A DNA stretch of 64,000 nt from Dehalococcoidia bacterium (GTDB lineage Bacteria; Chloroflexota; Dehalococcoidia; Bin125). Under the pieces are notes generated by a model. The model had not been told where the DNA came from, searched no databases, and worked only from the letters and a program-made list of their open reading frames with translations. Location of the stretch: the NCBI GenBank assembly GCA_963662615.2, contig CAXXSR010000001.1, forward strand, positions 192,001-256,000. Direction: 5' to 3'. This document shows, piece after piece, positions 18,162-27,075 of the stretch (its first letter is position 1; every line of letters starts with the position of its first letter). A program made the translations under genes and the position numbers.

Positions 18162-18860
18162 ATGCTACTCACACCGACGGAGATGGAGCGCCTGACAATC
18201 TTTTGCGCCGCGGAGCTGGCCCGCAAGCGGCGGGCGCGCGGCCTCCAGCTGAATCATCCCGAGACCGTTGCCTACATCGCCGACGAAATCCTTGAAGGCG
18301 CCCGCGACGGGAAGTCGGTCGCGGAGCTGATCAGCTTCGGCGCGACTCTCCTGACCACAGATGACGTCTTGCCCGGCGTAGCCGAGATGACGCCGATTAT
18401 CCAGGTGGAGGGCAGCTTCGACGACGGGACCAAACTGGTTACCGTCCACGATCCGATCAGACCCGGCGCCAAGGCGGTGGAGCCCGCCGCTCGCATTCCC
18501 GGCGAAGTGATCACCGCCGAAGGCGAAATCGAAATTAACGCGGGGCGGCGCCGGATCGCCGTGGTAGTGACCAATACGGGCGACCGGCCGGTGCAAGTCG
18601 GCAGCCATTACCACTTCTTTGAGGTCAACCGCTTCCTGGAGTTCGATCGCGCCGCCGCCTTCGGCATGCACCTGGACGTTCCCGCCGGCACGGCGCTGCG
18701 CTTCGAGCCCGGCGAGAGCAAAGAGGTGACGGTGGTGGAGTTTGGAGGTAGCGGAGATCTGTTCGGCCTCAACAGTCTGACGAACGGGCCGTTCCGCCTC
18801 GCCGGCGTTCGAGAGGCGGCGGTCCAACGCGCGCGCGCGCGCGGATTCAAGGGAGCCTGA
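18162..18860 (+). CDS. ureAB: Urease fused gamma/beta subunit
   Basis: [28 protein letters not shown], then [19 protein letters not shown] and RFEPG. Confidence 0.95.
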   Translation: MLLTPTEMERLTIFCAAELARKRRARGLQLNHPETVAYIADEILEGARDGKSVAELISFGATLLTTDDVLPGVAEMTPIIQVEGSFDDGTKLVTVHDPIRPGAKAVEPAARIPGEVITAEGEIEINAGRRRIAVVVTNTGDRPVQVGSHYHFFEVNRFLEFDRAAAFGMHLDVPAGTALRFEPGESKEVTVVEFGGSGDLFGLNSLTNGPFRLAGVREAAVQRARARGFKGA

Positions 18861-18863
18861 GCG

Positions 18864-20576
18864 ATGGCCACGATCTCTCGCCGCCACTACGCCACGCTGT
18901 ATGGACCAACGACCGGCGACGCGATCCGGCTGGGTGACACGTCCCTCTTGGCCGAGATTGAGCGCGACCATGCCGTCCCCGGCGACGAATGCTTGCACGG
19001 CGGCGGGAAAACCCTCCGCGACGGGCTCGGGCAGGTCCCCGGGCTCACCAGTGCCGCGGGCTCGCTGGACATGCTGATCAGCAACGTCGTCGTGATTGAT
19101 CCCGTCCTCGGCATCGTCAAGGGTGATCTCGGTATCAAGGAGGGGCGCATCGTCGGGATCGGCAAGGCGGGCAATCCCGCCATCATGGACGGCGTGGATG
19201 CGCGCCTGCTGTGCGGCGCGGCGACCACGGTCCGCGACGGCGAGGGCCTCATCGCCACGCCGGGTGGCATCGACTGCCACGTGCATTTCGACAGCGCGCA
19301 GCTGGTCGAGCACGCGATCAGCTGCGGGATCACGACCATGCTGGGGGGCTCGCTGGGGCCGATCACCGTCGGCATTGACTCGGGCGGCGCCTGGAACGTC
19401 GGCAAGATGCTGCAGGCCGCCGAGCAGTGGCCAATGAACTTTGGCTTTCTGGGCCGCGGCAACTCCTCCAAGCCGGAGTCCCTGGTGGAACAGATCCAGG
19501 CCGGCTGCGTTGGTCTCAAGATCCACGAGGACTGGGGGGCCATGCCCGCTGTGATTGACTGTTGCCTCGCCGTCGCTGACGACATGGACGTGCAGGTCCA
19601 GCTCCATACCGACACGCTGAATGAGAGCGGTTTCCTGGAGGACACGCTGGCGGCGATCAAGGGCCGCACGATCCACATGTACCACGCCGAAGGCGCCGGC
19701 GGGGGTCATGCGCCCGACATCATCCGCGTCGCGGGCGAGCCCTACTGTCTCCCCTCGTCGACGAACCCTACGAACCCCTACACGGTCAACACCTTCGATG
19801 AGCACCTGGACATGATCATGGTCTGCCATCACCTCAACCCGGCCGTCCCGGAGGACGTCGCCTTCGCTGAGAGCCGCATCCGCCCGGAGACCATCGCCGC
19901 GGAGGACGTGCTCCACGACATGGGCGCCATCTCCATGCTGGACTCCGATAGCCAGGGCATGGGCCGGATCAACGAAGTGATCTGCCGCACTTGGCAGCTC
20001 GCCAGCAAGATGAAGGACCAGCGCGGCCGGCTCCCGGAGGAGAGCGGTCAGCACGGCGACAACGAGCGAATCAAGCGGTACATCGCGAAGTACACGATCA
20101 ACCCGGCGCGCACCTTCGGCATTGCCGCGGAGGTCGGCTCACTTGAAGCCGGCAAGCTCGCCGACGTGGTCCTCTGGCGCCCCGCCTTCTTCGGCGTGAA
20201 GCCCGAGCTCATGATCAAGGGCGGCTTCATTGTCTGGTCGGCGATGGGCGACAGCGCGGCGTCACTCATGACCTGTGAGCCGGTCATCATGCGGCCGCAG
20301 TGGGGCGCCTTCGGAGGAGCGCCGAAGGCCCTCAGTCTGAGTTTCGTCTCGCAAGCGGCTGTCGATCGCGACATTCAGGAACGCCTGCGCCTCGGCAAGG
20401 AGGTCGTGGCAGCGAAGGAGACGCGCCGGCTCGGCAAGTCTGCGATGCTGCACAACGACGCCTGCCCCGAGGTGCGCGTGAATCCCGAGACGTTTGAGGT
20501 TCACGTCGACGGGGAACTGGCGACCTGCGAGCCCGCCAGCGAACTGCCGCTGGCACGACGGTACATGTTGCGATGA
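18864..20576 (+). CDS. ureC: Urease alpha subunit, divergent subfamily
   Basis: [57 protein letters not shown]. All nickel ligands are present. Confidence 0.95.
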   Translation: MATISRRHYATLYGPTTGDAIRLGDTSLLAEIERDHAVPGDECLHGGGKTLRDGLGQVPGLTSAAGSLDMLISNVVVIDPVLGIVKGDLGIKEGRIVGIGKAGNPAIMDGVDARLLCGAATTVRDGEGLIATPGGIDCHVHFDSAQLVEHAISCGITTMLGGSLGPITVGIDSGGAWNVGKMLQAAEQWPMNFGFLGRGNSSKPESLVEQIQAGCVGLKIHEDWGAMPAVIDCCLAVADDMDVQVQLHTDTLNESGFLEDTLAAIKGRTIHMYHAEGAGGGHAPDIIRVAGEPYCLPSSTNPTNPYTVNTFDEHLDMIMVCHHLNPAVPEDVAFAESRIRPETIAAEDVLHDMGAISMLDSDSQGMGRINEVICRTWQLASKMKDQRGRLPEESGQHGDNERIKRYIAKYTINPARTFGIAAEVGSLEAGKLADVVLWRPAFFGVKPELMIKGGFIVWSAMGDSAASLMTCEPVIMRPQWGAFGGAPKALSLSFVSQAAVDRDIQERLRLGKEVVAAKETRRLGKSAMLHNDACPEVRVNPETFEVHVDGELATCEPASELPLARRYMLR

Positions 20577-21208
20577 CAGGCGACTCGAATCCCCAAACTT
20601 CCCACCGCCCTCGGATCGGCATCGGCGGACCGGTCGGTTCCGGCAAGACGGCGCTGATCGAATCGCTGATCCCCCGGCTCGGCGCACGAGGGTATGAGCT
20701 GGCCGTCATCACCAACGACCTGGTGACCCAAGAGGATGCGGAGCGGCTGCGGCGCTCCGGCCTGATCGTGCCCGAGCGCGTGCTGGCAGTGGAGACCGGC
20801 GCCTGTCCGCACACCGCCATCCGCGAGGATCCCACCCTGAATCTGGAGGCCGCTCGCCTTCTCGAGCGCCGCTTCCCGTCCCTGGACCTCATCTTGATCG
20901 AGAGCGGCGGTGACAATCTCGCCTCCACGTTCTCTCGGGAACTCATCGGCTACTGGCTCTTCGTAATCGATGTCGCGGCGGGCGATGATATCCCCCGCAA
21001 AGGTGGTCCGGGGATCACGCAGTGCGACCTGCTGGTGATCAACAAGGTTGACTTGGCGCCGTACGTGCATGCGGATGTGCAGGCGATGGAGAGGGACGCC
21101 GCCGCCGGGCGCGACAACCGTCCCGTGGCGCTGACGAACTGTCTCACGGGCGAGGGGGTGGAGGCGGTGGCAGACCGGCTCGCGGGCGCCGTCCTCGCCG
21201 CGGTCTAA
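20573..21208 (+). CDS. ureG: Urease accessory GTPase UreG
   Basis: [33 protein letters not shown]. Confidence 0.96.
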   Translation: MTGDSNPQTSHRPRIGIGGPVGSGKTALIESLIPRLGARGYELAVITNDLVTQEDAERLRRSGLIVPERVLAVETGACPHTAIREDPTLNLEAARLLERRFPSLDLILIESGGDNLASTFSRELIGYWLFVIDVAAGDDIPRKGGPGITQCDLLVINKVDLAPYVHADVQAMERDAAAGRDNRPVALTNCLTGEGVEAVADRLAGAVLAAV

Positions 21209-21215
21209 GCCTGAC

Positions 21216-22055
21216 GTGGCCGATTCCTCAGATGCGCGCGCGGAGTTCCGCTTTCGCCGGAGCCCGTCCGGGGAGACCTACCTTGCCTCCCACTACGCTC
21301 CCTATCCGTTCCACATTGCGCGAGTGCTGCACCCCGATCCGGGCTGGCCGGACCTCCCGACACTTTGCCTCCAAAGCGCCTCGGGCGGCCTGTTCCAGGG
21401 AGACCGGCTCGCTGTGGCGGTCGAGATGGGGGAGGAGACGGTGGCCCAAATCACGTCCCAATCGGCAACCAAGGCCCACGGGATGCCTCGCCGCCCAGCG
21501 ATGCAGACCGTGGCGCTGAACTTGGATTCGGATTCGTACCTGGAATACCTCGCGGATCCCGTGATCCTCTTCCCCGCATCACGTGTCAGCAGCTCGCTGC
21601 GGATCCGTATCGCCCCCGGCGCCCGCGCCATCGCGCGGGAATCCTTCCTCCACCACGACCCGGCCGGGTCCTGCGACCCAGCCTTCGACCTCTTCGTCAG
21701 CGCCGTGTCGGTGGAAGACTCGGCCGGCGCACTCCTTGCCCTTGATCGACAGCGCATTGAGCGTCCGGGCGACCACGACGAAGTTCGTGAGGCGCTCCGC
21801 CACCATCGTGCCCAGGGCTCGATATACATTGTCGGGGCTGAGCCGACCCCAGAACTGCTGACCGCCCTCCGCGATGTCATTCCCCAGAATGACGAGCTGT
21901 ACGGCGGCGTGTCGAGCTTGCCGCACGGCTGCGGCGCGTATGCGCGCGTCTTGGCCCGCGACGGCCAAACCCTCCGTTCGGTGCTGGATCTGGCAGGCGC
22001 CGTCGCGCGTCGAATCATCACGGGGCGTTCGACCAAGGCGACCTGGCGGAAGTGA
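21216..22055 (+). CDS. ureD: Urease accessory protein UreD/UreH
   Basis: SGGLFQGD, TSQSATK, LEYLADPVILF; last gene of the urease operon. Confidence 0.88.
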   Translation: MADSSDARAEFRFRRSPSGETYLASHYAPYPFHIARVLHPDPGWPDLPTLCLQSASGGLFQGDRLAVAVEMGEETVAQITSQSATKAHGMPRRPAMQTVALNLDSDSYLEYLADPVILFPASRVSSSLRIRIAPGARAIARESFLHHDPAGSCDPAFDLFVSAVSVEDSAGALLALDRQRIERPGDHDEVREALRHHRAQGSIYIVGAEPTPELLTALRDVIPQNDELYGGVSSLPHGCGAYARVLARDGQTLRSVLDLAGAVARRIITGRSTKATWRK

Positions 22056-22248
22056 GTGGTCAGCGCCCCAATTGCGACTCCACCCGCGCGCCTGTCCGTC
22101 CGACCTGCCGGGGCGAAGTCGGCATGCCCGGTGTAGGCTAGGCCTGCGCCCCGATCACCGGCAGCCGACCGCGCTAGCCGCGATGAGAGGCGCGGCACGC
22201 TCGCTCCTGCCCACGATCCCGCAAGCGAGGCGGGAGGGGGATGACACA

Positions 22249-23529
22249 ATGCGGCGGTTCACGGGGCTCACCATTGCCGCGTTCGCGCTGGCGGCGCTGG
22301 CCCTATCGGCCTGCGGAGGTGGCACCGACGACGCCTCCGAGCCGGCAGCGAGCAGCGAGCCGGTGGCGGCGGCGGAACCGGCGATCGCCGAGCGTCCCGC
22401 GGAGAGCGGCGAATCCAGCAGCCCACCTTCGCAGGAGGTCGCCGAGCCGGCTGACCAGGTCCGGGCCGAGTCCGCCCCGGACGCATCGGCGGAGGCCGCG
22501 GTCGCGGAACTGCCGGAGCTACTTCAGGCGCTGCTCGATGCCGGGCGGCTGCGCCTGGGTGTTGTCGGCGCGGCGATGGCCGTGCGCGCGCCCGCGCTGG
22601 GGACGTGGGTGGGGGCGAGCGGATCGTCTGACCGCGACGGCAACATCCCCACCGAGCCGGACCACCTCTTCCGCGTTGGCGACATGTCAATCCCGCTCGT
22701 CGCCGCCCTCATGCTGCAGCTTGCCGAGGAGGGCGTGCTCAGCCTGGACGATCCGCTCAGCGCGTACGTTGCCGATTTTCCCAATGGCGACGAGATCACG
22801 CTGCGCCAACTGCTCAATCACACCAGTGGCGTCGTCGACCTCTTCGATGACCGCGTGGGCGTCGCCCGGGAGGTCAGCGAGAGGCCCAACAAGGTCTGGA
22901 CGGCCGAGGAAGTGGTGGCGAGCACGACGGCGGCGCCGCCGTACTTCGAGCCGGGGGCCGGCTGGCGCTTTTCACGCACCGGGTACATCCTGCTGGGGAT
23001 GGTTGTGGAGGCCGCCACGGGGTCGCCGCTGAGCGTGGAGCTGCGGCGGCGGTTCTTCGAGCCGCTCGAACTCTCGCACACATTCATTGCGGAAGCGGAC
23101 ACGGACCCCGGCAGTATCGTTGAGGGGTTCGACGTGTTCGGGCGGTTTTTCGGTCCCTACACCGCCTGGAACACCGCGCTGGGAGCGGCGACAGGCGCCA
23201 TGGTTTCCAGCGCCGGCGATACGGTCCGCTGGGTCGAGGCGCTCTTCAGCGGCTCCCTCCTGAGCGACGCGTCCAGCGCGGAGATGCTCACCTTCGTGGA
23301 GGAGTTTCTCCCGCCAGGATTCGGCTACGGGCTGGGGATCGCCAGATTGGAGACGGGGCTCGGGGTCATGTTGACGCATGTCAGCGAGGGGCCGCCCGGT
23401 TTCGCCTCCGCCATGAGCTATTGGCCCGAGCACGACATCGCCGTGGTGGTGCTCGCCAACACGGGGGACGCGAGCTTCATTGACTTCTTTGTCGAGGTCG
23501 CGGGGCTCGTGTTGCAGCAACAGGGCTAG
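22249..23529 (+). CDS. Serine hydrolase / beta-lactamase-fold lipoprotein lacking catalytic motifs
   Basis: Lipobox LSAC, acidic linker, LSLDDPL, ITLRQLLNHTSG, FEPG, GYGLG, VVLAN. The SxxK position reads DMSI. Confidence 0.85.
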   Translation: MRRFTGLTIAAFALAALALSACGGGTDDASEPAASSEPVAAAEPAIAERPAESGESSSPPSQEVAEPADQVRAESAPDASAEAAVAELPELLQALLDAGRLRLGVVGAAMAVRAPALGTWVGASGSSDRDGNIPTEPDHLFRVGDMSIPLVAALMLQLAEEGVLSLDDPLSAYVADFPNGDEITLRQLLNHTSGVVDLFDDRVGVAREVSERPNKVWTAEEVVASTTAAPPYFEPGAGWRFSRTGYILLGMVVEAATGSPLSVELRRRFFEPLELSHTFIAEADTDPGSIVEGFDVFGRFFGPYTAWNTALGAATGAMVSSAGDTVRWVEALFSGSLLSDASSAEMLTFVEEFLPPGFGYGLGIARLETGLGVMLTHVSEGPPGFASAMSYWPEHDIAVVVLANTGDASFIDFFVEVAGLVLQQQG

Positions 23530-23769
23530 CCGGCGCTCGTTTTCGTTGAAGAGCTGAGCGAGCGCCCTCCGCGCATGCGCCGCGTCGATGGCCCCTCATC
23601 GCACCGATGTGCTCGCCACGTTCGATGACACGCCGCCGCCGCCGACCGGCGAGCCCGGCCTCGGCGCGTCGAAGGCGAATCGGAGATATAGCGCGGCAAC
23701 GATCGTTCGTGTTGCGTAGCGGACCGCGCGGGGACGTGCGGCGCTGAGCACGCATCGATTTGTCCTTGC

Positions 23770-24156
23770 AGCGCCGTGTTGACTGCGGCCGCGACTTTGT
23801 CGCCCGCGCTAAGCGTATCGGCATCGAAACGGTGCTGATGCCCGTCCGGGCGCCCCAGGCAAACGGGGGCGCGGAGCGATGGGTCGGCGCGCTCCGCCGG
23901 GAGTGCCTCGACCACATCATCCTGCTCGGAGATCGCCACTTGCGCAGGGTGCTGGCCGAGTACGTCGCCTACGACAACGCGACGCGGCCGCACCAGGCCC
24001 TAGGCCAGGAGCCGCCCGCTGGCCCGCGTCGGCAGCGCCGCCCCATCGGCCCGGGGCAGATCGTCGCCGTGCCCATCCTCGGCGGCCTGCATCATGCCTA
24101 TCATTGGGCAGCCGCGTGCCGCCCAGGCGATGCAGACGGGGTTTTGCGCCGCTACA
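23770..24156 (+). pseudogene. Decayed insertion sequence: C-terminal integrase-core (rve_3 type) transposase fragment plus probable right end
   Basis: PVRAPQANGGAERWVGALRRECLDH...N..RPHQAL...LGGLHHAY. No N-terminus is present. Ends GGTTTTGCGCCGCTACA. Confidence 0.8.
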
Positions 24157-24261
24157 ACATCAGGATCCTGAAGCAAGTCTGCAGGTCCCGCGATCGACAT
24201 CCCTGACTGCTGGGGAACATTTTCAACTCGAGCGACACGGCTCCAGGTGCTTCCCGGTTCC

Positions 24262-26787
24262 CTAGCGTGAGGGTTGCTCCCATGTAGCCGGGGCACTCAT
24301 GTCGACCCACACGCCTTCCCCAAAATCGATCGTTGTCGCCGTGTTGAGGAACGCGGGCGCGCCAGGCCGGAACGTCAAGAACGATTGCGTAACGCGATCC
24401 CAGGCGAAGACGGCGTTGACCTGGTCGATGATGCTCTCAATGGCGTCCTCGATAGGGGTCCCACTCGGACCGGTCCAAAGGACCAAGTTGAAGCCGTCGG
24501 CAAGGGCGACCGTTCGAGGCGCCGCGAAGTCGGGTTGAGGCCAGAAGGTTCCGCTTGGCTCGGTAACGAAGATGAAGACCGCGTCCCCCTGCGAGATTTC
24601 GTCAAGCGTGTTGAGGAACGCCGGCGCTGACGGCCGGTAGCTGAGGAACTCGTCGGCGCTCGGGTCCCAGGTGAAGATCGAGTCGAATGAATCCAGGATG
24701 TCAGCGGACGCTTCCTCAACGGGAGTGTTGCCGAGCCACCCTACGAGGCTCCAGCCCGGAGTGAGGTTGTATCCCAGCTCGAACAAGGGACCATCCAATC
24801 CCGGCGGCGGCAGGCTTGGCGCGTCGGAACCGAGGTAGACGGGAGTCCCGGGACTAAGGGAGACGCCGAGCGCTTCCTCGGTGCCACTCGACGCAGTGAC
24901 CGCCGCGTTGAAGGGTCCGCCGCCAGCCGGCACGAGTAGAGCGTAGACCGCGTTGCCCGGAAGGGCGTCCAGCGTCTGCCGACCGCTTCCGCCGAACTGC
25001 GGATTCGAGGCCGTCCCCCCCGTCTGGAGGGGTACGAGCAACCCCGCTTGTCCTACGCCCAGGCGCGGTAGGGTGAGGGCGCTGTTGGTCAGATTGGCGA
25101 GAAGGAGCAAGTCGAAGCCGTCGAAGCTGGCATCGAGCCCCGGGGGGCCGGCCGCGAGGAGCAACAGGGCTGCCTCCGCATTCGCGGGCGCGTTCGTGAG
25201 CTGGGTGATGTCGCCGCGCGTGAGCGTGGTAATCCCGAAGATGTCGGCGCCGTCCAGGAGATTGGGAATGAACGGCGTCTCGGGCGAGCCGGCAATCAAC
25301 GGATTCGCCTCGCGTGGCCCAGCGAAGGTCTCCTGCACAGCGCCCGTGACGGCGCCGACCACGACTTCCGTGTTGCTGCCGATGAGATAGCGGCCGGTCC
25401 CGCCATTGGGGCTACCCCCGCTCGTGTCGACCGTTGCCTGGTCGGCGTGGAGGACTGAGGCGAAGATCTTGATGGTGCCACCGGCGCCACCGCCACCTCG
25501 GCCCCCGCCCGCCCCTGCGCCGCCTCGCTCGCCGCCGCCACCCCCACCGCCGCCGCCGCCGGGCACGCCGAAGACCACCAGGGGGGCGGACCCGGTTGAT
25601 CCGTTCCCGCCGTCCGCTCCAGGGCCGCCGCCGTCACCGCGCGCGCCGCCTGTTCCGCCGGCGTCAGCGCCCTTGCCGCCGTTTGCGCCGCCCGCGCCGG
25701 ACTGGGACGGGCCACCCATTGCGCCGGCCGTTCCCGCGCCACCGCGCGCGTGCGCCGTACCTTCGACCCGGGCCTCGCCGAGAACGATGAATTCGATCGC
25801 GCCGCCTCCAGCGCCTCCAGCGCCTCCAGCGCCTCCAGCGCCCCCGGCCCCGCCATCGCCACCGGCTCCGCCAGATCCACCGGAGCCGCCGCCGGTGAGG
25901 GTGCAGCCGGAGCCGCCACCGCCGCCGCCTGCGCCACCGCCCCCCCCGCCACCGGCGCCGCCACCCCCGCCGGCACCGCTCCCGCCGGCAGCGCCTGCCG
26001 TGAGCGCCTCGCCGCTGGACGCGTTCTGTCCGCCGCCACCACCGGTCCCCTGCGCACCGAAGGCGCCGGGGTTACCGGCGTCGCCACCGAGCCCGGGCCC
26101 ACCGCCTCCACACCCCGTGACGGTTTTGGGCCCGCCCGCGCCGCCCGTCCCCCGAGCGCCACCGTTTGCGCCTGTGACGGTCGCGCCGGTCGCGCCAGGC
26201 CCGCCAGGCGTCGTGCTGCCAAAGCCGGCGCGGCCGGTCGTGCCCGCCGATCCGGCGAGGCCATCGCCCCCCTTACCACCAGCGGTCCCACCACCGCCGT
26301 TGCCGCCTGAGGTGAAGGCGCCGCCAGCGGAACCGCCGCCGCCACCGCCGCGGCCGTTTCCGCCGGTCCCGCTCGTGCCACCGGTTCCGCCAGCCGGGCC
26401 GGCGCCACCACCCGGACCCGGGGCGGCCTCATTCGTGGAGATATCAATCACGACGTCCAGCCCGATAGTCAGATTGTTCGCCACCACGATCGATGCCGGC
26501 CGAGCGCCTGTCACCTCGACACGGAAACTGCCGGGGATGTCCAGATCTCCCGCGATGTAGAAGCGGCTGATGCCGTCCTCGACTGCTGCGGTGAACGGCG
26601 TGCCGCGGAACGCGCTCGCGTCCCCGTCCCCATCGCCACTAATGGTGAGGGCGTCGGTGTCGATCGCGATGACGTCTGCCTGGGCCTGCGCGGGGCTGAC
26701 GCCGCCGAAGATCGTCAGCGTCCCAAGGATCGCGGCCAGTAGGGCAGCCCGCGGGTCTGGCCTGATCGTCGTGCGCAGAGCATGCAT
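24262..26787 (-). CDS. Secreted glycine-rich surface protein with a duplicated C-terminal domain
   Basis: Signal peptide ending AQAQA, long GGx-rich core, two similar C-terminal repeats (GWSLVGW/GFNLVLW...RPxAPAFLNT). Confidence 0.8.
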   Translation of the reverse strand: MHALRTTIRPDPRAALLAAILGTLTIFGGVSPAQAQADVIAIDTDALTISGDGDGDASAFRGTPFTAAVEDGISRFYIAGDLDIPGSFRVEVTGARPASIVVANNLTIGLDVVIDISTNEAAPGPGGGAGPAGGTGGTSGTGGNGRGGGGGGSAGGAFTSGGNGGGGTAGGKGGDGLAGSAGTTGRAGFGSTTPGGPGATGATVTGANGGARGTGGAGGPKTVTGCGGGGPGLGGDAGNPGAFGAQGTGGGGGQNASSGEALTAGAAGGSGAGGGGGAGGGGGGGAGGGGGGSGCTLTGGGSGGSGGAGGDGGAGGAGGAGGAGGAGGGAIEFIVLGEARVEGTAHARGGAGTAGAMGGPSQSGAGGANGGKGADAGGTGGARGDGGGPGADGGNGSTGSAPLVVFGVPGGGGGGGGGGERGGAGAGGGRGGGGAGGTIKIFASVLHADQATVDTSGGSPNGGTGRYLIGSNTEVVVGAVTGAVQETFAGPREANPLIAGSPETPFIPNLLDGADIFGITTLTRGDITQLTNAPANAEAALLLLAAGPPGLDASFDGFDLLLLANLTNSALTLPRLGVGQAGLLVPLQTGGTASNPQFGGSGRQTLDALPGNAVYALLVPAGGGPFNAAVTASSGTEEALGVSLSPGTPVYLGSDAPSLPPPGLDGPLFELGYNLTPGWSLVGWLGNTPVEEASADILDSFDSIFTWDPSADEFLSYRPSAPAFLNTLDEISQGDAVFIFVTEPSGTFWPQPDFAAPRTVALADGFNLVLWTGPSGTPIEDAIESIIDQVNAVFAWDRVTQSFLTFRPGAPAFLNTATTIDFGEGVWVDMSAPATWEQPSR

Positions 26788-26949
26788 GATTCTCCCCACT
26801 CCCGATCGAGATTCGCGGCGTCCACGCAGGGAAGCGCGGAGGACGCGTACCGTCAATCGACGCGCCGCCAGCCCTAGCTCAGACACGATGTGCGTCGTCC
26901 CTGGGCAGAGGCGGCCAAATCCGCTGCTCGGCTAGGAGGAGGCGTGTTC

Positions 26950-27024
26950 TGGAGCGGGAGAAGGGGCTCGAACCCTCGACCCTCTGCTTGGGAAGCAGAT
27001 GCTCTACCGCTGAGCTACTCCCGC
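26950..27024 (-). tRNA. tRNA-Gly (anticodon CCC)
   Basis: GCGGGAGTAGCTCAGCGGTAGAGCATCTGCTTCCCAAGCAGAGGGTCGAGGGTTCGAGCCCCTTCTCCCGCTCCA folds into a cloverleaf with encoded CCA. TACAAT -10 at 27036-27041. Confidence 0.97.
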
Positions 27025-27075
27025 TCGCGCCTCTCATTGTAGCGGTCGCCGTTTCTCGCTTGCGGACTGGGGCGG

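Noticed and set aside
12863-20054. Long antisense ORFs (e.g. 12863-14554 +, 16177-17607 -, 18165-20054 -) and many similar ones across the window
   Set aside because: Shadow frames of well-supported genes in high-GC DNA; no recognisable motifs.
17444-22055. Absence of ureE from the urease operon (and of gatB after gatA)
   Set aside because: Both are common arrangements; the genes may be dispensable or located elsewhere.
23526-23993. 155-aa minus-strand ORF over the IS remnant
   Set aside because: Antisense shadow of the transposase fragment.
25406-26560. 384-aa proline-rich ORF on the plus strand
   Set aside because: Reverse complement of the glycine codons of the real minus-strand gene.
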